Source of the DNA: Eledone cirrhosa
Lineage: Eukaryota
Assembly (NCBI GenBank): GCA_964016885.1
Contig: OZ024742.1
Coordinates: 49,166,001 to 49,230,000, forward strand
Reading direction: 5' to 3'
DNA length: 64,000 bases
The position numbers and the translations under genes are program-made. Below the pieces are notes generated by a model, which was not told the origin of the DNA, did not search any database, and saw only the letters and a list, made by a program, of their open reading frames with translations. This document shows, in pieces, positions 1 through 12,319 of the stretch. Every line of letters begins with the position of its first letter. The first letter of the stretch is position 1.

Positions 1-129
1 TGGCGTAGCCATATAATTCAACAGGAGGAAACAATAGCACCACTGACGATGTTGCAGATGTGCAACGAAAGATTCATGATAAACTATATATATGTGTTTG
101 TGTCTATATTGTATCTGTATTATTTTTTA

Positions 130-332
130 CCGTCGGTCAGTCAATGGCAACATTGAGGACCGAGTAAATTAGATTACCGATATAAAAGACACAGAAGCGA
201 AAAGCGAAAACCAACCAAACAGTGAGTGTGTTCTGTTATTAATTCTGGCAATATTACACAAATATGACCCTCCCCAAGTATAACAATATTTGTTTCGACA
301 CACGATTTCATATAAAAAACCTCGCAATACTA
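130..332 (+). mobile_element. PLE pLTR/tail fragment, second copy inverted at 11800-12045
   Basis: Near-identical reverse complement at ~11808-12020. Its 3' part (ATGACCCTCCCCAAGTATAACAATA...ACACACG) resembles the tail of the HHR-bearing 18165-18635 element. Ends in (TA)n. Confidence 0.6.
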
Positions 333-381
<49 letters not shown>

Positions 382-434
382 TGTATGTATGTATGTATGT
401 ATGTATGTATGTATGTATGTATGTATGTATGTAT
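333..434. repeat. (TA)n/(ATGT)n microsatellite
   Basis: Read directly from sequence. Confidence 0.95.
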
Positions 435-1040
435 AGGTCACCAGTTGGTGCTACTGGTAACATGTATCCCAGTACAACCTGTCTCATGGTCGAGTCGTTG
501 GCGACTAAACTGGCAACCCCACCAAGGTTTCTTGGTGAGGAGGGTGACTTTTAAAAACAAAACCTGTCAAAGGGCAAAGGAGCTCTTAAGAGTCAATGGC
601 CATCCAAAATCACCGGGAGAGATGACCCCTTGGCCTTTGTCAAGGCAGAATTCTAGGAGAAGGAAAACTCTGATATAACACCTGCAAACCTGATGGTATC
701 TAATGATGTTGACTTGTTCTTCTTTTTGATAAATATCATCTTGGTTAAGAGAGTGGGACTGGCTTTGTGCAGAGCCTTTGCTCACTATAGAAGCTTCACG
801 GCACGGGCATTGCTTTATATCTGGAAATCTCTCTGCACTTGTCGTCACATATTACCATGGGCCCGGCACTATGTGTCAATGATTGTCACAAGTGTAGTGT
901 TTGTACCAGAGTTTTCGGGTCGCTGGCTGGGCTGAGTGGTCACACTCGTTCAGCATATCGGTGGGGGTTCTCCTACATGGATGTAAAGTAGTGGCCGTGC
1001 TCGAAAGCGAGTTGGCAGCCACCATGTATGTATATATGTA
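435..1040 (+). mobile_element. Non-autonomous RTE-related retroelement, near full length, (ATGT)n tail
   Basis: Same family at 1042-1525, 1537-1995, 21747-22160 and 36499-37122. Contains the RTE-5'UTR-like CTAGGAGAAGGAAAACTCTGA and ends GTTGGCAGCCACC(ATGT)n. Copies are 5'-truncated with a fixed 3' end. Confidence 0.75.
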
Positions 1041-1041
1041 T

Positions 1042-1530
1042 GTCAAAGGCCAAAGGAGCTCTTAAGAGTCAATGGCCATCCAAAATCACCGGGAGAGATG
1101 ACCCCTTAGCCTTTGTCAAGGCAGAATTCTAGGAGAAGGAAAACTCTGATATAACACCTGCAACCCTGATGGTATCCAATGATGTTGACTTGTTCTTCTT
1201 TTTCGTAAATATTATCTTGGTTAAGAGAGTGGGACTGACTTTGTGCAGTGCCTTTGCTCACTATAAAAGCTTTACGGCACAGGCATTGCTTTGTATCTGG
1301 AGATCTCTCTGCACTTGTCGTCATATGGTAACATGAGCCCAGCACTATGTGTCAATGATTGTCAAAAGTGTAGTGTTTGTACCAGAGTTTTCAAATCGTT
1401 GGCTGGACTAAAAAGTCACAATCGTTCAGCGCATTGGTAGGAGTTCTCCTACATGGATATAAAGTAGTGGCCGTACTCGAAAACGAGTTGGCAGCCACCA
1501 TGTATGTATATATATATATATGTGTATGTA
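1042..1530 (+). mobile_element. Same family, 5'-truncated tandem copy 2
   Basis: Colinear with 565-1040. Confidence 0.8.
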
Positions 1531-1536
1531 TGTAGC

Positions 1537-1996
1537 TCAAAGGAGCTCTTAAGAGTCAATGGCCATCCAAAATCACCGGGAGAGATGACCCCTTAGCCTT
1601 TGTCAAGGCAGAATTCTAGGAGAAGGAAAACTCTGATATAACACCTGCAACCCTGATGGTATCCAATGATGTTGACTTGTTCTTCTTTTTGGTACATATC
1701 ATCTTGTTTAAGAGATTGGGACTGGCTTTGTGCAGTGCCTTTGCTCACTATAAATGCTTCACGGCACAGGCATTGCTTTATATCTGGAGATCTCTCTGCA
1801 CTTGTCGTCAGATGGTACCATGGGCCCAGCACTATGTGTCAATAATTGTCAAAAGTGTAGTGTTTGTACCAGAGTTTTCAAATCGTTGGCTGGACTAAAA
1901 AGTCACACTCGTTCAGCGCATCCTTAGGAGTTCTCCTACATGGATATAAAGTAGTGGCCGTACTTGAAAACGAGTTGGCAGCCAGCATGTATGTAT
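1537..1996 (+). mobile_element. Same family, 5'-truncated tandem copy 3
   Basis: Colinear with 1050-1510. Confidence 0.8.
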
Positions 1997-2110
1997 AAAC
2001 AAAGAAAGTGTGGTAAGATACGAGGTGGACCATAACACACCATAGTACTCGATACGTATGGTAGTAGAGTGGGTAATAGAAAAAGAGTCAGGACCCCGAC
2101 TCTTTTCCTA
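1997..2110 (-). mobile_element. Short fold-back PLE-tail family, copy 1 of 7 (degenerate)
   Basis: GTGGTAAG...GGTGGACCATAAC...GGTAGTAGAGTGGGTAATAG...GGACCCCGAC matches 7128-7275. Terminal hairpin AAAAGAGTC/GACTCTTTT. Confidence 0.7.
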
Positions 2111-2136
2111 TACATATGTATATATATATATTTATA

Positions 2137-2325
2137 TATTTAATATAGTAATGGCTTCTACCGGGCTAGAACTGTTTCATTCATGGCTTTCCTGATGTGT
2201 TTTTCCGAATTTAAACAGTTCTAGTCCTGTAGAAGCCATTTCTATATTAAATATTAATATTCTGCTATGTATTGAGTACCTTACTTATTGCGGTTACCCC
2301 CGATTGAACCCGCGATAAACATATT
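2137..2325 (+). mobile_element. Fold-back PLE pLTR remnant with tail
   Basis: Inverted arms 2137-2183 and 2208-2253, then a tail containing ATTGAGTACC. Flanked by (TA)n/(TC)n. Confidence 0.6.
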
Positions 2326-2669
2326 TATCTATCTATATCTATCTATCTATCTCTCTCTCTATATATATATATCTATATCTATATATCTATATATATATAT
2401 ATATATGGTAGATGGGCGAACATAAATACACACGCACATACAAAAAATTCATTTAAAATAATCCATATCAACGACTATGAATCGTTGTGCCGTTTTAGTT
2501 ATTATATATATTTCACACGTATATTAAAGTTATACTATCCAAGTTGATGTGCATTTTTCTACTAAATAGTCCCTTCATTACATACAAGCAGTCCAATTTA
2601 TTACATTCTCTGGTACAGTATTCTGAAGTCGATTTCAGTACATTTCTAAGAACGATTTTTTCTTAGTAT

Positions 2670-2885
2670 ATAATGGTTTCTTATATAGGCACAAGCTCAA
2701 CCATTTTGGGGGAGAGGATAGTCGACTAAATCGACCCAGTGCGTCACTGGTACTTTATTTCATCGAGCCCGTAAGGATGAAAGGCAAAATTAACCTCGGC
2801 GGGATTTGAACTCAGACCGTAAATGACCGTACCTTCATGCTGCAGAGCATGTTGCCCGACTCTACCGATACTGCCAATCCACCGC
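2670..2885 (-). mobile_element. tRNA-derived SINE with Meta-type central domain
   Basis: Reverse complement of the 44648-44835 copy (A/B boxes; GCCTTTCATCCTTACGGG..CGAT..AAATAAAGTACCAG). Confidence 0.85.
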
Positions 2886-2907
2886 ACTTTCTCGGTGATA
2901 TATAATG

Positions 2908-3065
2908 CGACGGCGGCTAATTGACAGAATTGTTAGAATGTTGGACACAATGCTTTGCGGCCTTAGATTCGGCTCTCTGTACTGTGACTACCTATCGAGG
3001 TCAACTTCCCTTTTCATCATTTAGTGGTCGATAAAAAAACACCAATCCACTAGTGGTGACGGTCT
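2908..3065 (+). mobile_element. Degenerate SINE of the same family
   Basis: GGCGGCTAATTGACAGAATTGTTAGA...CGAGGTCAACTT...GGTCGATAAAA. Confidence 0.55.
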
Positions 3066-3888
3066 TTTCTCTATATCTCTTACTTCCTCTCTATCCCCAT
3101 CTGGGGAAAAATCGATTATGTTCAGACCTAGAAAGGAGATACCATCCGTGAGATAGAAAGTACCAAAGACACGCTGTATTTTAAAATGGCGTCCCCACGG
3201 GTTCATAAAAATAATAATAATGTAGCGATCGCTTCGAACAAGTCTTCATTTTCTTTGCCACTCACTCGTGATACGAACGATTTTAAGATATTATGTGGCT
3301 AAATGAGTAATTGTAATTCTGTGCATAGTCACCAAATCTGTAGAGGTAACACGTGGTTTAATCTATATTTTTTATGTGGTTTATTTTTCGTCGTTCTTCA
3401 CATTGGTACAATTTACATTAACATAACATCACCAACTACCAGCTGAGACATTGTGCACGTTTAATTTTTAAATAATTCGTTTGTGTGAAATAAAGTTCTA
3501 ATTTATAAGACTTAACGCGTACAAACTCGCGCATGCACACCCACACGGTAAATTTATAAAATGATCAAGTAAAGAGGTTGGACTGCTATTATTAAAGCAA
3601 TGAAAAAAAAAGTAGAAAACATGAATTCAACATGACAATTATGACAAGACGAAGGCATAATCTTATTTGATTTCACACCTGTTACCCACTGACACAAAAA
3701 GAATAGATAATTACTTCACTTATGTTCACAGCTGTAAAGCTATATTGTCGCACGCACACACGCACACACACAAATGCAAGCTCTTTTATTCACGTCATTC
3801 TTTGGGGGATTAGACTGTAATTTCATCGGGGTACTTCGACCAATAGTATTTTCTAAGTGTTTATATCAACGGTAGTACGTAGTATGAT

Positions 3889-4220
3889 CTTCTTCTTCTA
3901 CCACTTATTCCTGAGAGTGTCGTGGGGGCAGAATCCTCAAACACCCCCTTTCAGTGGGTCCGGTCAAAAGCAACCATCTCCAACAGATCAGTCGGGATCC
4001 CCAAGTGAGACCAGCCAAGCTTATGGATGTTATGTAACTATCTTGCTCGCGGTCAACCCGTGGGTCTCCTGCCGGTTGGATTCATCCGGAAAATCACTCC
4101 AGTAATTCTTTCCTGAGACATTCTAACAACATGGCCGTAAGTGACTCCCTGATCTCCCAGTTGCGCACACCATCGAGTAACGTTATTTGAAAAACCCTTC
4201 GGAGGAATCCCATTTCCACC
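3889..4220 (-). mobile_element. RTE-clade LINE 3' end (degenerate)
   Basis: Minus-strand translation YGHVVRMSQERITGVIFRMNPTGRRPTG*PRAR resembles the RTE C-terminal 'GHV.RM...G.R..GRPR' motif. (GAA)n tail. Same family at 20847. Confidence 0.75.
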
Positions 4221-4234
4221 GCTTGTATTCGTAA

Positions 4235-4420
4235 TAGTTGTTTCTACTATTGGCACAAGGCCAGAAATCACCTCTGTGCATCACTGGTACTTTATTTTAT
4301 CGACCCCGTAAGGATGAAAGGCAAAGTTAACCTCGGCGGGACTTGAACTCAGAATGGCAAGGGCCGTAACTCTATGTGTCAAAGCTTGGTGTCCGACCCT
4401 TTACCGATACTGCCAGTATC
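4235..4420 (-). mobile_element. tRNA-derived Meta-type SINE
   Basis: CTGGTACTTTATTTTATCGACCCCGTAAGGATGAAAGGCAAAGTTAACCTCGGCGGGACTTGAACTCAG. Confidence 0.9.
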
Positions 4421-4533
4421 CTTTCGTTCATTACCAAGATTCATGACGATAGGTAAGAGTTGATACGAATACTGAATTGAAGATAGTGAGTTTGTCTTTT
4501 ACGCCTACCTCTCTACAATATTCATTTTCTTTT

Positions 4534-4668
4534 CAAATTTCAGATGTTGACTTAAGAAACGAAGCGACATTAGTATTGAACATCACCTCAAGGTAGTCTT
4601 TCATTTTTGAAGGCTTCTTAGTATCATTTCCAAATGTCTTTTCGTTCTGCCCGGTGGCGCGCTGCTGA
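4534..4668 (-). other. Segment homologous to the putative exon at 60876-60943
   Basis: 4581-4641 matches 60883-60943 ungapped, 48/61 nt by hand count. Reads KTFGNDTKKPSKMKDYLEVMFN versus KTFGNDEMKTLNMKDQFAMMHS. Confidence 0.45.
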
Positions 4669-5689
4669 GGGACTACTCAGACAGGGGTGTAGTAACTGTT
4701 CCTCCCCCTCCCTTTTTATTTCGTTGATTGATCATTCTTTTCTTCTTCTTTTTCTCCTATTCATTTTCTTTTTCTTCCCTTCCTTTTCTCTTCCCTTTAA
4801 TAGTGTATTTTGCTTTTCTTAGATACTGTTCAATATATCTAGACTTATATATGGGATGAGGAAGCTTCTGTACACACCTCAAACTTATAGCCAACCATTC
4901 CCTTCCGAACACCACCCCAGCTGCCACCAATATCATCATCATCACAACCACTACACTCTATAATACCTAGGTATTATCTCAATAGTGATAGGAATAAAAT
5001 AAAGGTAGTTTTTGAATACTAATGGAATTTTTCTAGCATTTCGTTATGTGGGTATCTGTAAACACTGTCCATATTCCTCTTTAAAGAGACAAAACTTCAG
5101 ATTATCATCATGAATTTCCAAGATTATTGTCTCCTCATCAAAAAATAACTACTATTATAAAAAGGAAATCTTTTTTATAGCATCGCTCCATATTTTAAAG
5201 AGGATGTAGAATATAGCTGAAAAGATCAATTTAATGTGCACAACTAAATTTAATGTAATCAACTAAATAATAAATAACCTATGCTAGGAAATATCGCATA
5301 TTAGCAAATATTAGGCAAATTGAATATAAATATATTAGCAGCAGTTCTTTACTCAAAAGCAGCAGAGGAAAAAAAGACAAACTGTACGAAGTGTAGATTA
5401 TGCCCATTACTTCCTTAATGAATTCAAAAATATAAAAGATCATCTTTGTGCATTTGGGAGAGTGCTGTCGCCACATCAGATGATAATTAGTCATATGATT
5501 TCAGCTATATTAAATTTACGTTTTAGTATGTAACAGTGGTGTCATTGTTCTAAGCAAGTGGACGGTACTTCATAGCACACACTAACACAATGTACAAAAT
5601 AAGATTAGGCTCAATAATCTATCTTATTTAATAAAGAGGTCGCTATATGGTCATCGGAAATAGCAACATCTTCAAGTTATACCTCACTG

Positions 5690-6110
5690 CTGTTGTTGTT
5701 GTTATTTAGCCCAAGGTCAGAAGTCATTAAACGTATCTATGATCAAAAGTATTCCGGAAGTACATATGTTCCCTTTCCAATATATCTAGCTCTACATTTT
5801 CTATTAAATACACGGCTTAAAAATAAAAGTTACTAGAGTGCAATATATTGGAAATTTGGCTGCTATTTCTAGCGGATCTAACGATCCTGTATAGGCTTTA
5901 TCGTCGAGCTCTTTACTGATGATGATGTTGCTGTGTAGACCCAGGTCAGTCTTCATCGAGTAAAGCAGCTTAGGGATTTTATATATGCAGAGAATCCAGG
6001 ATCACATATTCCATTGTGCATTCAGTTGGCAAGGTGTGATTTAAGGGAGTGGTGGTTGGTGTTTCTAGCAGGTCGAGGGAGAACCACGTCGAGTTTACCT
6101 TGTAGGCTCA
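5690..6110 (-). mobile_element. Two degenerate pieces of a (CAA)n-tailed SINE family
   Basis: TTGTTGTT.TTTAGCCCAAGGTCAG...CTATGATCAAA...TTTGGCTGCTATTTCTAGC. Related pieces at ~32080-32310, 40120-40270, 44330-44500, 48180-48360, 50450-50600 and 59900-60100. Confidence 0.6.
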
Positions 6111-6462
6111 ATGACTGATAATGCCGTTAGCAAGTATTGCGTAATATTAGCGAGAAGTTAGAATATTTCTAAATCGGTATTAAGGTTGTTATCTTCTCCA
6201 CAAAATAATTTTCCCACAACCCCATTCTCTTTATATACGTGTTGCTGATTCGTCTGCCAACAGTATGTGCCTACATTGTTTCTCCTCTCTCTATACCGCT
6301 CTCTTTCTCACGCTTCTAACACTCTCTCTGTCTGTCTCTTACTTTCTTCTCTATTTCTGCAGGCTACCTATGATCGTGTGTACCAGTCAATCTGCATGTG
6401 TTTCTATACACGCACATGGCTGTATATGCGCTACGTTTGTATTGATACGTACATATACAACT

Positions 6463-6536
<74 letters not shown>

Positions 6537-6570
6537 AAGAGTGAGCGAAACAGAGACCCATGTATATATG

Positions 6571-6637
<67 letters not shown>

Positions 6638-6677
6638 GATATTAAACAAATGGAAACTATATTTATAAAACCATATT

Positions 6678-6743
6678 TATTTCGTTATATATATTTCTGG
6701 GATATCATATTAAAAATATGTTATGCCTTCCTCAGACAAAATA
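6678..6743 (-). ncRNA. Type I hammerhead ribozyme (mirror arm)
   Basis: Reverse complement of 6881-6946. Confidence 0.7.
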
Positions 6744-6880
6744 CAATACATAAGCTGTTTTATAAATAATTAGTGACATACCTTGTGATAATGCAACTTC
6801 CTTTTAAAAAGTTGATTTAAAAGGAAGTTGCATTATCACAAGGTATGTCACTAATTATTTATAAAACAGCTTATGTATTG

Positions 6881-6946
6881 TATTTTGTCTGAGGAAGGCA
6901 TAACATATTTTTAATATGATATCCCAGAAATATATATAACGAAATA
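6881..6946 (+). ncRNA. Type I hammerhead ribozyme
   Basis: Stem I TATTTTGT/ACGAAATA; CTGAGGA; imperfect stem II (CATATT/AATATG core); GAAA; palindromic TATATA; cleavage site UA. Confidence 0.7.
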
Positions 6947-7074
6947 AAAATGGTTTTATAAATATAGTTTCCATTTGTTTAATATCGTAAACCTACTCCA
7001 GAAACTGTTGAGTGCTTTTATATCAGTTATAAAATATTTACTCGTTGTAACCCAACAATCTTAAATAAAACTTT

Positions 7075-7127
<53 letters not shown>

Positions 7128-7129
<2 letters not shown>

Positions 7130-7275
7130 CGAAGGAAATGTGGTAAGGAACCAGGTGGACCATAACGCACCAAAGTACTCAATACTTAGGGTAGTAGAGT
7201 GGGTAATAGGAACGAGTAGGACCCCGACGGCTGAGCTCAAGCCGTTTCGACCGTCGGGGTCCTACTCCTTCCTAT
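7128..7275 (-). mobile_element. Short fold-back PLE-tail family, copy 2
   Basis: AACGAAGGAAATGTGGTAAGGAACCAGG...GACCCCGACGG...CCGTCGGGGTCCTACTC. (TA)n on both sides. Confidence 0.8.
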
Positions 7276-7752
7276 ATATATACATGTGTGTGTGTGCACG
7301 CTCAAATGTGTAAGTATACTGTTTGTTTACATTTCGTAAATATATCAGTTGAAATATATTTGAAACAATGAGAAGATATTTGCTTGACTAAAACCCTTGT
7401 AGGGACTGCCCCAGCATGGCCGCAGTCTAAATACGACTTAGAAAAAATAAAACATTAATATGCATATACATGTAGGTATGAGGGTTTATAATTTTCCGTT
7501 TAACAGATGCGTAGACGATCATGCCTATATAAACATAAATATATCTATACAGAACACAGACGCACTTACACACTCTTACGGACAGCCCATAAGTATCTAC
7601 ACACACAAGCCACACACACCCCTACAAGCAACAGTACACATCTATGTGTTCTCCGGTGTCCCTAATATGTGTATTATTCCGCCTTGAACAAGATAAACAA
7701 ATGAATTGTAGATGAACACTAACGACTGAAAAAAGCGAGGTTAACACTCGCA

Positions 7753-8122
<370 letters not shown>

Positions 8123-8332
8123 ATCAACGCGATGGATAGAAGAAAGTAAACTGACAAACCGATTTATATAAATGTGGCAGTTTCATAATAAAGTCGATAG
8201 AAAGATTGATTTGTAGATATAAACAATTTGATTGATAAATATGTAGATAGCGATGCAGATAGTTCATTTGTTCGACTGATTACATAGATTGATATATAGA
8301 GACATAGCTAAACAGATAGATGAATATCTATT

Positions 8333-8666
8333 GTGAAGGAGCATGCCTTAATGGTTAGAGAGTTGCACTTACAAATGCGACGTTGCAATTATGATTACCG
8401 GACAGGGCTGTGTGTTGTGTCATTGTGCAAGACACTTTATTCACCTTTGCTCCATTTTACTCAGCTCTAAAAATGAATTGCGACGACACTGGGAACAAGC
8501 TTTATTTGCCTTTGCCTTTCCCTTGGTTACCATCGGTGGCTTGTGCGCATGTGAGACAACTGGTCCTCCACAAACAAGCTTGCCCGGACCTTTCCATCAG
8601 AGGTGAATTTCTAGGTGTTAATCCCAGCCATGGTCTTCGTGAACGGTGGGGGTCTTTAACCCTTTA
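8333..8666 (+). mobile_element. tRNA-derived CORE-type SINE
   Basis: A-box-like head; TTGTGTC.TTG.GCAAGACACTT...CTCAGCT.TAAAAATGA central domain. Copies at 8825-9150, 39686-40025 and 62248-62587. Confidence 0.75.
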
Positions 8667-8824
8667 AGTATCTAGATAGTTTGCCCGAGGGATTGTTAAA
8701 ATATATTGGTAAATAAAGAAATATAACGACAGACGCATAATTGATACAACGATAAATAGCGAAGTAGATAGGTAGATAGGTAGGTAGATAGAAAGTTAAA
8801 CTGTTTGTTCGATATATATATATA

Positions 8825-9150
8825 AAGGGTGAAGACCCCTTCAGTCAAAAATGTTCATGGGATTTGCACCTAGAAAGTCCCCCTCTGAGGCACAAGTCCG
8901 GGCAAGTTTGTGTGTGGAAGTCCAGCAGTTTGTGGAAGTCCATGCATACCAGCCTCCCTTCTCCACACCACCGCTGCTGTCCAAGGAAAATGCTATGGCT
9001 GATAAAGCTTGGCACCAGTAACATCGCAACTCATTTCTACAGCTGAGCAACGCGTAATATATAGTGTCTTGCTCCAGAACACAACGCAAAGCCCGATCCG
9101 AGAGTCGAACTCACAATGTCATGGTTGTAAGACCGACGCTGAAACCACTT
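8825..9150 (-). mobile_element. CORE-type SINE, inverted relative to the 8333 copy
   Basis: Reverse-complement similarity to 8333-8666; B box GAGTTCGACTC. Confidence 0.7.
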
Positions 9151-9619
9151 CGCAAAATTAGGAAAATTAACAAAGAGAAAACAACTAACAAAAATGAAGG
9201 CAAAATGAAAAGAATCTTTTCGATGGGGAAACCTTAATTTTGTTTTAATAAAAACACAAACTAAAGACACAACTCTAAAGTCTTCAGCCGTCGAGATAGA
9301 CTTCCGGCAGTTTTGATCCACCCGGGGTCACACAGTCTGACATAAGCCAAAGCGCTTTCCGTGTATTAAAGACAAGACAAAACAATAAGTTATAACAATT
9401 AATCCATACTTAACCCGTACGCATGGAGGTTTATGTGGCTACTAAGAGATGGTATTGTGCTTTTTGTAGCAACGATAGTCTCGTGAATAACGAGAAGGTA
9501 AAGGAAGAAAAAAGAAAGGAAAAAAGGCAAGAAGAGGAAAGTGAGATATCCGGTAAAAATGTATTCTATTGAAATTTTTTGTGGGAGAAGAGAATACACT
9601 TTCATCACAGATTAGTAAT

Positions 9620-9845
9620 AATGGTTTCTTATATAAGCACAAGGACAGCAATTTTGGGGGAGGGAAAAGTCGATTAAATCGACCGCAGTGCGTGACTTGA
9701 CTGGTACTTTATTTTATCGACCCCGTAAGGATGAAAGGCAAAGTTAACCGCGGCGGGATTTGAACTCAGATCATAAAGAGCCGTAACTCTATGCTGCAAA
9801 GCATGGTGTCCGACCCTCTACCGATACTGCTAATCCACCGCCAAT
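9620..9845 (-). mobile_element. tRNA-derived Meta-type SINE
   Basis: Family consensus motifs intact. Confidence 0.9.
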
Positions 9846-9869
9846 AATAATAATAATAATACTCAATAA

Positions 9870-11600
9870 TTAGGTAGCATATACAGGTAGCATATACAGA
9901 GTACGAAAATAGACCTAGAAGAAATAGATCCCGTCGCATTTGTTGGTATAACACACCATATAATATGGAGGTGGCCACACCATTAGCTAAGATCTTTATT
10001 TCCCTTATTACGAAGCATTTTCCCCCTACACATAAATATAGTAACATTTTTAATAGAAATACTATTAAAATTTCTTACTCTACGACTCCTAACCTTGCAC
10101 ATAACATCACAGCTTCAAATTTAGCTAAACTACCTAGCCGTAGGAACACGTGCAACCCTATAGTTAGTACTAACTGTAATTGTAGGAATCGGGTTGATTA
10201 CCCCCTATCCGGGAAATGCCTCTCTAGTAACATTGTCTACAAATGTAAGGTTGTAACACCCACGTCCAGTAGGGCCTACATAGGGTTAACCACAAATAGA
10301 TTCAAGCAGCGTCTTTACATGCATACCCAGTCTTTTCGTTACCCTCTAAGAAGGAATATGACGTCACTTTCAGCTTATATCTGGAGTCTAAAAGATGACC
10401 ACACTCAATATAAGTTACACTGGGAGATCCTAGCTAGGGCTAGATCCTATAACGGAAATAAAAGACCATGTGACCTCTGCGCCGCTGAGGCCCTGGAAAT
10501 ACTCTACGCCACTGACCACATCTTAAACAAAAAATCTGAGGCAATTTCGGCATGTAAACATAAATTGCACAAAACTTTCCCACGTTATACCCTAACGGAT
10601 AGTACGATCTCTACGTGGATATTTTACGTCTTGATATGGTAGCTAAGTATATGTTTTGTTTATACCATTACTTATTTGCATAGGTAAGTATATATTAGCC
10701 GTATGTTTTGTGAAGGTACGTATACCTTCTCGTACGTATATTTGATTGTTTATGTTATGGCGTATAATTTTATATATTCTGGTACATATGGTTTGGCTAT
10801 GTGTATACGGGAGTTTTGCGTCTGTGTGAGTATGCAGGTTCGTACGTATGTAGGGTGTGTGTATATGTGTACTTCATGTTTTGGTTGACTTACGTCTCCG
10901 AACATTCGTGTATTTACATGTAGGTATGTGTGTGCGCTTGTTATATACGTATTTATTTATTTATATACGTTTATATAATTATTTATTTATTTGTATACAC
11001 GCATACACACACACATTTGTATATGTGCGTGATTTTGTATACCTATGGTAAGTGTTTTGCGTATGCTTGTGTATGTACGTATTTGTTTGCGTGTATGTAT
11101 TTATTTATTTCTATTACTTCTGTATTGTATTTATTTACTTTGTTCTTAACTCTGTAGCGGAGATTCATTCGGTCTCCTAGTTAGAATTTTAGTCTACGAC
11201 TTCTGCTATACCATTTACGTGGTTTTGTCTTTGCGTGCTATTGTTCTCCACGCTCCACATATGACGTATTATCTTCGTGTTTTTCGTTCATTGCCAGAGA
11301 ACGTCTCTATGAACCACCTAAGAGAACATTAGTCTACGACCTCTTTCATACCATAAACGTGGTTCCGTCTTTGCGCATAATTGTTTTTCACCGCTCCTAT
11401 TAATGACGTATTATATTTCCCAATCTTTGCCACCGAACGTTTCCACGAACCAAAGTATCGTCTTCCTGTCTTCCTCCGGTTGCAACGTTTTGTGAAATAT
11501 CCACTTCTGCGTTTACAGATTGACTTTGTTAGTTTCAGAAGATCCCGTTAAGGGTGAAAACAGCGATTATTTGCTTAAACTTTAATCTGTTATTTTTATA
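9870..11600 (+). mobile_element. 5'-truncated Penelope-like element (thumb/linker + GIY-YIG endonuclease + 3' UTR/pLTR)
   Basis: ORF below, then a TG-rich UTR, a degenerate HHR at ~11531-11570, and a (TA)n flank. Confidence 0.85.
9965..10642 (+). CDS. PLE ORF fragment with GIY-YIG endonuclease (Naiad-like architecture); truncated, no RT core
   Basis: Upstream in-frame RRICWYNTPY; KHFPPTH..IFNRNTIKISYS; CNC...PLSGKCL..NIVY.....YIG.T...FKQR...H..SF; LSAYIW; CDLC..E..EI. The expected Cys before PL is Tyr. Confidence 0.85.
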   Translation: MEVATPLAKIFISLITKHFPPTHKYSNIFNRNTIKISYSTTPNLAHNITASNLAKLPSRRNTCNPIVSTNCNCRNRVDYPLSGKCLSSNIVYKCKVVTPTSSRAYIGLTTNRFKQRLYMHTQSFRYPLRRNMTSLSAYIWSLKDDHTQYKLHWEILARARSYNGNKRPCDLCAAEALEILYATDHILNKKSEAISACKHKLHKTFPRYTLTDSTISTWIFYVLIW

Positions 11601-11602
11601 AA

Positions 11603-11648
<46 letters not shown>

Positions 11649-11677
11649 TATAATTATACATATATATATATATATTC

Positions 11678-11769
<92 letters not shown>

Positions 11770-11799
11770 GTATATGTATATATATATATATATATATAG

Positions 11800-12045
11800 C
11801 GGGGATGAATTAGTTTTGCGACGTTTTTTATATGAAATCGTGTGTCGAAACAGATATTGTTATACTTGGGGTGGGTCATATTTGTATAATATTGCCAGAA
11901 TTAATAACGCCAGAATTAATAACAGAACACACTCACTGTTTGGTTGGTTTTCGCTTCTCGCTTCTGTGTCTTTTATATCGGTAATCTAACTTGCTCTGTC
12001 CTCAATGTTGCCATTGACTATATAAAAGACACAGAAGCGAGAATC
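11800..12045 (-). mobile_element. PLE pLTR/tail fragment with short fold-back
   Basis: Reverse complement of 140-330. Inverted arm TCTCGCTTCTGTGTCTTTTATAT / ATATAAAAGACACAGAAGCGAGA. Confidence 0.65.
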
Positions 12046-12087
12046 GATATATATATATATACATATATATATATATGTATATATATA

Positions 12088-12275
<188 letters not shown>

Positions 12276-12319
12276 TATAAGTCTCTAGCTGTGTCATTCT
12301 CGATAAAAGCACTGGATAT

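Larger units (their letters stand above)
6636..7075 (+). mobile_element. Fold-back PLE pLTR: ~353-bp palindrome (6636-6988) plus tail
   Basis: Arms near-perfect, centre ~6812. Only the right arm continues into the tail. Inserted in (TA)n. Homologous to 14670-14940. Confidence 0.85.

Noticed and set aside
693-935. Recurrent 80-aa ORF 'MVSNDVDLFFFL' in four copies
   Set aside because: Recurrence is explained by repeat copy similarity. It is broken in the 1042 copy and has no recognisable domain.
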